Part shown: piece by piece, positions 58,760 through 64,000 of the stretch | How positions within the stretch are numbered: position 1 is the first letter of the stretch | Layout: every line of letters starts with the position of its first letter | From: Planctomycetota bacterium | GTDB taxonomy: Bacteria > Planctomycetota > Planctomycetia > Pirellulales > Lacipirellulaceae | Assembly: GCA_039190745.1 (NCBI GenBank) | Contig: JBCCXZ010000005.1 | Location: 1-64,000, forward strand | Direction of reading: 5' to 3' | DNA: 64,000 nucleotides | Translations under genes and position numbers: made by a program | The notes under the pieces: generated by a model | Told to the model about the DNA's origin: nothing | Seen by the model: only the letters and a program-made list of their open reading frames with translations | Database searches by the model: none

Positions 58760-60925
58760 CTATTCTTCGCTAAGGGCGCGCCGGACGTCCGGCGGCAGCT
58801 TCACTCCGGCTGCTTCGGCGGCGAGGATCTCCTGGCGAGCCTCCGCGGTCCTGCCCTGTTGCCAGAGGTGGACGCCCAGGTTGAACCGCAAGGTTGCCGA
58901 GTCCGGCCGCGACGCGAGCCCGTCTCTGTAAACGGTCTCCGCCTCTTCGGAACGCCCAACCGCCGCGAGCAACGCCCCCAAGTTCCCGGCTACGTCCGGG
59001 TCTCCGCGGCGTAACCGCCACGCCGTTTCTAGAGATTCGAGCGCCGCGGCCGGGCGCCCCGCCGCGAGCAGCGCGTTGCCGAGCAGCATGTGGGCGTCGT
59101 GCCGATCGGGCTCCAGCTCGATTGCCTTCTGGAGCGGGCCGATGGCGGCGGCCGGGTCGTTTCGACGCAGGCTCAACAGCCCGAGTTGAACGTGCGGCTC
59201 AGCGACGCTCGGCGCCAACTCCGCCGCTTGGGTTAACTCCTCGTGTGCCGCCAGCGGTTCTTCTGCAAGAGCCAGCGCAGCGCCGTACGCATTGCGCGCC
59301 CGCCAGTCATCAGGTTGTCGATCGGCAAGTTTGCCGGCCGCTTCAACAGCCGCTTCGGTGTCGCCGCCGGCCATCTGCACCGCCACTCGGCCTAACCCGG
59401 CCTCCAATGAGCCCGGGGAGACCTCTTCGAGACGCCGATATGCCCAGGCCGCGCCTGAGTAATCTCCTAACTGAAGCCGTGCCGCTGCGAGGTCGTCGAG
59501 CAATTCGGCCGACCGAGGCTGCACACATAGGCCCTTCTCGGCGTGCTCGGCGGCCGCTGCCGGGTTTCCCTCGGCAAGTGCTAGTCGGGCGAGCAAGACC
59601 CGTGCGTCGGGAACGTTCGGGGTTAGTTCCGCCAGCTCCCTCATCGAGGCCTGCAATCGCTCGCGGTCGCCGCCGCGCTCCACCCCGAGGAACAAAAGAC
59701 CGGCAATGATGGCGAAGAGCACCGCGGACTTGCCCAAGTGGATCAGCGAGTCGGCCCGCGCGGCCAACGCGTTGGAGAGTGTCGGCCCTTCAACCAGGTG
59801 CTCCTGAGTCGGCTTCTCGCTCACCCGCCAGATAAATCCGTCGAAGTAAAAGTGCAGCATCGAAGAAGCCACAAACCACGAGAGGAGCCACTGGGAAGCG
59901 TCGTCCGCTGAGCCCGCGAAGAGGTACCGCTCCTCGGAACCGGTAAACAAGCGGAGCGAGCCGTAGGCCGCGATCAAGGCCAGGTAAACGCCCAGCATCG
60001 TCCACCGATCGCTGAACAGGAATGAGAAGAGCCCAAACCGTCCGCCGGCCTTCTGGAAACGCTTGCGGCTGTAGAACCAGACAATCGCGTTGTACTGCAA
60101 CGCGTGGTAGACCTCGAACATCGCGATCCCGATCGCGAGGTTGGTCGTTAACCGCCCGCAGTACCAATAGAACCAACCGGTGACCCCGGCGAGCAGCAGC
60201 TTGGTTGGGTTAAGCGGTTCGCCGGTCCGCATCCGGCGGAGGCACTCAAGCGTGTACAGCAAGAGCAGGACTAAGCCGATGGAAGCTACCGTGATCCGCA
60301 GGCCTGAGAGCATTGCCGGAGCAGGCGGCGTGGCGCCGGCGGCTGCCATCACTTGCCCGATGCCAAACACGCGCGTGTCGCTGAATACGACGCCCGCGGT
60401 AAAGATCAAGAGGCAGAGACCGTGGTCAAGCCGAGCCGACCAAGGTGTGGTCACCCCGGCCCGAACGTCGTAAATCCTCATCAAGCCGTAGGTCTGCATC
60501 AGGCCGTGCCAGGTGCCCCAGAACAAGAGCAGCAGTTCTAGGCCATGCAAATGGGTCCAAGACATCCCTAGTGTCTCTCGGACCATCGCCGGAGGCGTGA
60601 AGAGCAACGCGACGCCAAAGGCGATGGGCGGAGCGAGCAGGAACCGCCAGCGGTAACGTGCGAAGAGATCGCTGTCTCCGTACGCCCGCAAGAAGCCAGG
60701 CAGATGGTGGCCAAGCGAGGCGAAAGCGATGACGACCAACGAGATCTGTTCCGGGCCGAACCAGTTCGTCGATAGCCACCCGAGGATCGGCACGACCGCC
60801 AAAGGCGGCAGAACCAGGTACGCCAAGTCCCAGCGGGGCGAGACGATCCAGGTCCAGCCGCTGAGGTTGGCTGCCAGGGGGCGGGCGGTAAGCCCGTTGC
60901 GGGGTGCGCTGGTGGGAGAGCTCAT
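58760..60925 (-). CDS. Polytopic membrane protein with His-containing TM motifs fused to a C-terminal TPR domain
   Basis: About 11 TM segments with GHHLPGFLRAY, WHGLMQTYG, YHALQY, LHFYFDGFIW; TPR repeats such as AHMLLGNALL and FNLGVHL. Confidence 0.8.
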   Translation of the reverse strand: MSSPTSAPRNGLTARPLAANLSGWTWIVSPRWDLAYLVLPPLAVVPILGWLSTNWFGPEQISLVVIAFASLGHHLPGFLRAYGDSDLFARYRWRFLLAPPIAFGVALLFTPPAMVRETLGMSWTHLHGLELLLLFWGTWHGLMQTYGLMRIYDVRAGVTTPWSARLDHGLCLLIFTAGVVFSDTRVFGIGQVMAAAGATPPAPAMLSGLRITVASIGLVLLLLYTLECLRRMRTGEPLNPTKLLLAGVTGWFYWYCGRLTTNLAIGIAMFEVYHALQYNAIVWFYSRKRFQKAGGRFGLFSFLFSDRWTMLGVYLALIAAYGSLRLFTGSEERYLFAGSADDASQWLLSWFVASSMLHFYFDGFIWRVSEKPTQEHLVEGPTLSNALAARADSLIHLGKSAVLFAIIAGLLFLGVERGGDRERLQASMRELAELTPNVPDARVLLARLALAEGNPAAAAEHAEKGLCVQPRSAELLDDLAAARLQLGDYSGAAWAYRRLEEVSPGSLEAGLGRVAVQMAGGDTEAAVEAAGKLADRQPDDWRARNAYGAALALAEEPLAAHEELTQAAELAPSVAEPHVQLGLLSLRRNDPAAAIGPLQKAIELEPDRHDAHMLLGNALLAAGRPAAALESLETAWRLRRGDPDVAGNLGALLAAVGRSEEAETVYRDGLASRPDSATLRFNLGVHLWQQGRTAEARQEILAAEAAGVKLPPDVRRALSEE

Positions 60926-61195
60926 CGGTGCGGGCGGTGCGGTCTGCCGTTGGGCGGCGGCCTCGGTCTGGGGCCGTTTCTCTAGTATTGCACCCGGAGA
61001 CCGGAGCGCGGCGGCCGATCCCTCGGCAATCGCCTGCGGCCCTGCCTGATCGGAGTGTTTTTCTTGGATTTTCTCGCCCGGGCTGCTTATCCTAAGACCA
61101 GTGAAGGCAACAGCCTGCGTGCCCCGTGCACCCCCTCCGCGGCTCCGATCCCGCTGGCCTCCTCCCGATCGAACTACGACTTGAAGGCGAACCAG

Positions 61196-62131
61196 ATGAA
61201 GCGGCTTTTCTCGACTCTTGTGCTGGCGTTCGCGCTCACTGCCACCACGGCTCTCGGCGCCGACGCCCCCCCTGCAACCGATCCTGGCCAGCAGCCGGCT
61301 TCAGGCGGTGAGCCCGAGCCGATCGATATCTTCGACGCTATCGATACCGGGCTGCTCGAGGTGAAGTTCGTCGCTCGCGACGCCCGTCGCGGCCGGCTGG
61401 TGATGACCAACAATACCGATCAGCCGGTCGACGTGATGGTTCCGGAAGCCTTCGCGGGCGTGCCGGTCTTGCGTCAGCTCGGCGGAGGCGGAGGCGGTCT
61501 CGGAGGCGGAGGCGGCGGACTTGGCGGCGGCGGCGGCCAGCAGAATGTCGGCGGCGGTGGGGGAGGGGGTGGACGCGGTGGCGGCGGAGGACGCTTCAGC
61601 ATCCCGCCCGAACGCATCACCCGAGTCGACATCCCCCTGCTCTGCCTCGACCACGGGCTGAGAGACCCCTCGTCGAGCAAACCCTACAAAATCCGTCCGA
61701 TCGAGAATGTAGTCACCGACCCGGCCGTGATCGAGATCGTCAAAGCCTTCGCCAATGGCGAGTTGCCGCGTGCCTCTTCCCAGGCGGCGGTCTGGCACGT
61801 GAATAGCGGCGTCTCGTGGAACGAACTCGCTTCGAAGCTGACGGGCACGGTACGCCACCACGTCCGCAACCCGTACTTTAGCCAGGGCGAGATTCAGGCC
61901 GGCATCGCGATCGTCAACCGAGCGCGTGTTCTCACGGCCGGCCAGACCGTTACGCCGCGTGAGCGGACCCAGCCGGACGAGCCAACCAGTTCCGGAGGTG
62001 AAGAGCTGCGTCCCGGCGACGAGATACCCGCCGAGGACAACCAACCGGCGGAAGACCAAGCCGAGGAAGAACCCGCGGAGGGAGACGAGCAACCCGTCGA
62101 AGACGTTGGGAACGACTCCGAGGCCGCCTAA
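61196..62131 (+). CDS. Exported hypothetical protein with internal Gly-rich linker and acidic tail
   Basis: Signal peptide MKRLF..ALG|AD; PEAFAGVPV, poly-Gly, LCLDHG, QAAVWH, W.ELA.K, PYFS. Confidence 0.8.
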   Translation: MKRLFSTLVLAFALTATTALGADAPPATDPGQQPASGGEPEPIDIFDAIDTGLLEVKFVARDARRGRLVMTNNTDQPVDVMVPEAFAGVPVLRQLGGGGGGLGGGGGGLGGGGGQQNVGGGGGGGGRGGGGGRFSIPPERITRVDIPLLCLDHGLRDPSSSKPYKIRPIENVVTDPAVIEIVKAFANGELPRASSQAAVWHVNSGVSWNELASKLTGTVRHHVRNPYFSQGEIQAGIAIVNRARVLTAGQTVTPRERTQPDEPTSSGGEELRPGDEIPAEDNQPAEDQAEEEPAEGDEQPVEDVGNDSEAA

Positions 62132-62134
62132 CGA

Positions 62135-63820
62135 CTAGGCCGCCCGCGAGCCGGCAAGCTGATGCTGCGCGAGCAGCTTTTGGATTTCTTGCTGGTAGGA
62201 CGAACGCTCGACCTGCCACTTGGCTTGTTCACCCTCGTGGGCGATCCGCAGCCGATTGAGTTCCTGCTCGCGGGCCACCAGCCGGGCGGCCTGTTCCTCG
62301 AGCTCGCGCTGCCGCCGCTCAAGCCATTCGGCGAGCTCACCCCGGCTGGTTTCGAGCTGCTCGTGCTGCTCGGCCAGCTCTACGCGAACCTCTTCCAGTT
62401 CGCGACGGCGGCTCGCCACCTCTTCGGCCGCCAGCCGGAAGTGGTCCGCCAGTTGATTCTTGAGCTGCGCGACCGAGCTGGTGAGCGTCGCCGGGGCAAG
62501 CACGCCCTGCAGCCGCAGCCAGGTCTCTTCCGTTGCAAGCCGCGTCTCGAGCACGTCTCGCTGCGCCGCCCGTAACTGCTCGCGGAGCCCGTCAAGCGCG
62601 CGGCCACGTTGCTCGGCCTCGGCTTCGCGTGCGTCGAGTCGTCGTTGCTCCTCGGCCTGCTCCGCCTTGGCCTGCTGCCTCGTCTGTTCGATCTGCCGTC
62701 GCTCGCGGGTCGCGGTGGTTTCAAGTTCAAGCTGCTGCTGCTGCAGAGAGCGTCTCGACTCTTCGAGTTGCACCTGCTGGTCTGCCAGCAAGAGCTCGGC
62801 CGCCTCGACGCACTGCGCGCGGGCGTCGAGTTCGGCGTCCCGTTGCTGCACCTCGCTGATTCTCTGTTCGGTGACGCCGAGCCGCTCGTAGCGTTCGATG
62901 GCCAGCTTAATTTCACGGTCGCGGAACTCCAGCCGCCGACTCCGCTCGTCGAGGCCCGCCTCACGCTCTTCCAGTTGTACCGCAGACCGCTCGATCTCAG
63001 CGGCCCGCAATTCGATCTCGCCCGAGCGTTCACCGAGTTTCTGCTCCCAAGCCTTGAGTTCGGCCAGCCGCGATTTCAGCTCCTGGTCGACCTTACCAAA
63101 CTGCTCGCGTTCCTGGGTGAGCGCAACACGCTCGCTTGTCGCCGCCTCTTGCTGATTGTAAAGTTCGGCCTCACGCCGATCGAGCTCTCGTTGCCTGTCT
63201 TCGAGCGCTGCGTTCTTGCTGTCGAGCGCTTCCTGCTTCTCTAGGCACAGCGCGGTCCGCAGCTCCAAGTCACGCAGCTTCTGCTGCGACTCGGCCTCGG
63301 CAACTTGCAGCTCCATCTCACGCTCGTCGATCTGCTCGGCCCGTTGCTTGAGGTCTTCAGCCGCTAGGCCGGTCGCGTCTTCGCGTTCGCGCTGAGAATC
63401 CCGTTCGTTGCCGACTTCTTCTGCCTGCCTGCGAACTTTTTCCTCTCGCTCTTCGAGTTCTGACTGTTTCTGGTCCAGCCAAAGCCTTGCGTTCCGGACA
63501 CGGTCTTCGAACTCCGCTTCCTGAGAACTCACCATCGATTGACGACGCTCGAGCTCGGCCATCCGCTCCTGCAATCGGTCGCCGAGCTGCTCCGCGTGCC
63601 GAACCGAGGCTGACTCTACCAGCAGCTCCGGCGGAGCCGCTTGGTGTGAGGCTTGCGACTCCTCGGCCGTCTTCGCACGCTCGGCGTCGGCCGCCGCCGG
63701 GACGCCCGTCGGTTCGCCGGACCTGCGACGTAGGCCGTGCGCACCGTCAACACGCGACTCGCGTGACGAATCGCCGTTGGAATCTGAGGTTTCACCCGGG
63801 TTCTGTGACGATTCGTTCAT
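62135..63820 (-). CDS. Long coiled-coil protein
   Basis: E/R/Q/L heptad-rich over ~450 aa; R.ARLW and LETRLATEETW patterns. Start placed at ATG 63820. Confidence 0.8.
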   Translation of the reverse strand: MNESSQNPGETSDSNGDSSRESRVDGAHGLRRRSGEPTGVPAAADAERAKTAEESQASHQAAPPELLVESASVRHAEQLGDRLQERMAELERRQSMVSSQEAEFEDRVRNARLWLDQKQSELEEREEKVRRQAEEVGNERDSQREREDATGLAAEDLKQRAEQIDEREMELQVAEAESQQKLRDLELRTALCLEKQEALDSKNAALEDRQRELDRREAELYNQQEAATSERVALTQEREQFGKVDQELKSRLAELKAWEQKLGERSGEIELRAAEIERSAVQLEEREAGLDERSRRLEFRDREIKLAIERYERLGVTEQRISEVQQRDAELDARAQCVEAAELLLADQQVQLEESRRSLQQQQLELETTATRERRQIEQTRQQAKAEQAEEQRRLDAREAEAEQRGRALDGLREQLRAAQRDVLETRLATEETWLRLQGVLAPATLTSSVAQLKNQLADHFRLAAEEVASRRRELEEVRVELAEQHEQLETSRGELAEWLERRQRELEEQAARLVAREQELNRLRIAHEGEQAKWQVERSSYQQEIQKLLAQHQLAGSRAA

Positions 63821-64000
63821 CGAAAAGCCCGTCGTAAGCTGAGAGCAGGGGAGTTGCCGCGACCGCAGGCCACACCGATAAGTCGCCTTAATCGGCAAGA
63901 GTTGCCCAGAACGTGCAATCGGCGCCCGGGCGGTAGGCAGTCCACAGCAAAGCTCAAGAACGGCCGGAACGGCCTCGGACGGCCTCCTGGGCGCTAGCAG

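Noticed and set aside
61481..61590. GGC/GGA-rich simple repeat
   Set aside because: Explained as the poly-Gly linker of the 61196-62131 protein.

Overview
High-GC bacterial chromosome segment from a planctomycete, probably Pirellulales/Lacipirellulaceae-like. The assignment rests on a 16S 5' end carrying the Pla46 signature, DUF1559 prepilins, LEPR-type N-terminal motifs and PEP-CTERM proteins with short dockerin-like modules. Most of the window is housekeeping: 16S rRNA start and promoter, aroH, msrAB, tRNA-Leu(CAG), addB-addA-CCA enzyme, trkAH, ABC exporters, lysS-lolCE-lolD-ilvE, recJ, rpmG, a sigma70 factor, a Ser/Thr kinase, a ThiF/MoeB-family protein, uvrA and ligA. The best candidate for an undescribed system is an accessory region at ~43.7-49.5 kb. 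There a His/Cys-rich, membrane-targeted leader ORF ending in an RGPP arrest-type motif precedes a PEP-CTERM / DUF1559 pilin / PEP-CTERM cassette. Both surface proteins are predicted to start with His-Gly after signal cleavage and share an HxH motif. A DUF1826 gene and a small companion ORF lie upstream. Together this suggests a metal-starvation (possibly Zn) surface scavenging module controlled by ribosome stalling; that reading is inference. Other notable items: a LigA with two large insertions, an attenuator-like leader on the first DUF1559 gene, a REP/MITE cluster, heptamer tandem repeats, and two probable small genes missed by the ORF track. No CRISPR array, prophage or transposase was seen. 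Family assignments come from motif recognition only, not database searches.
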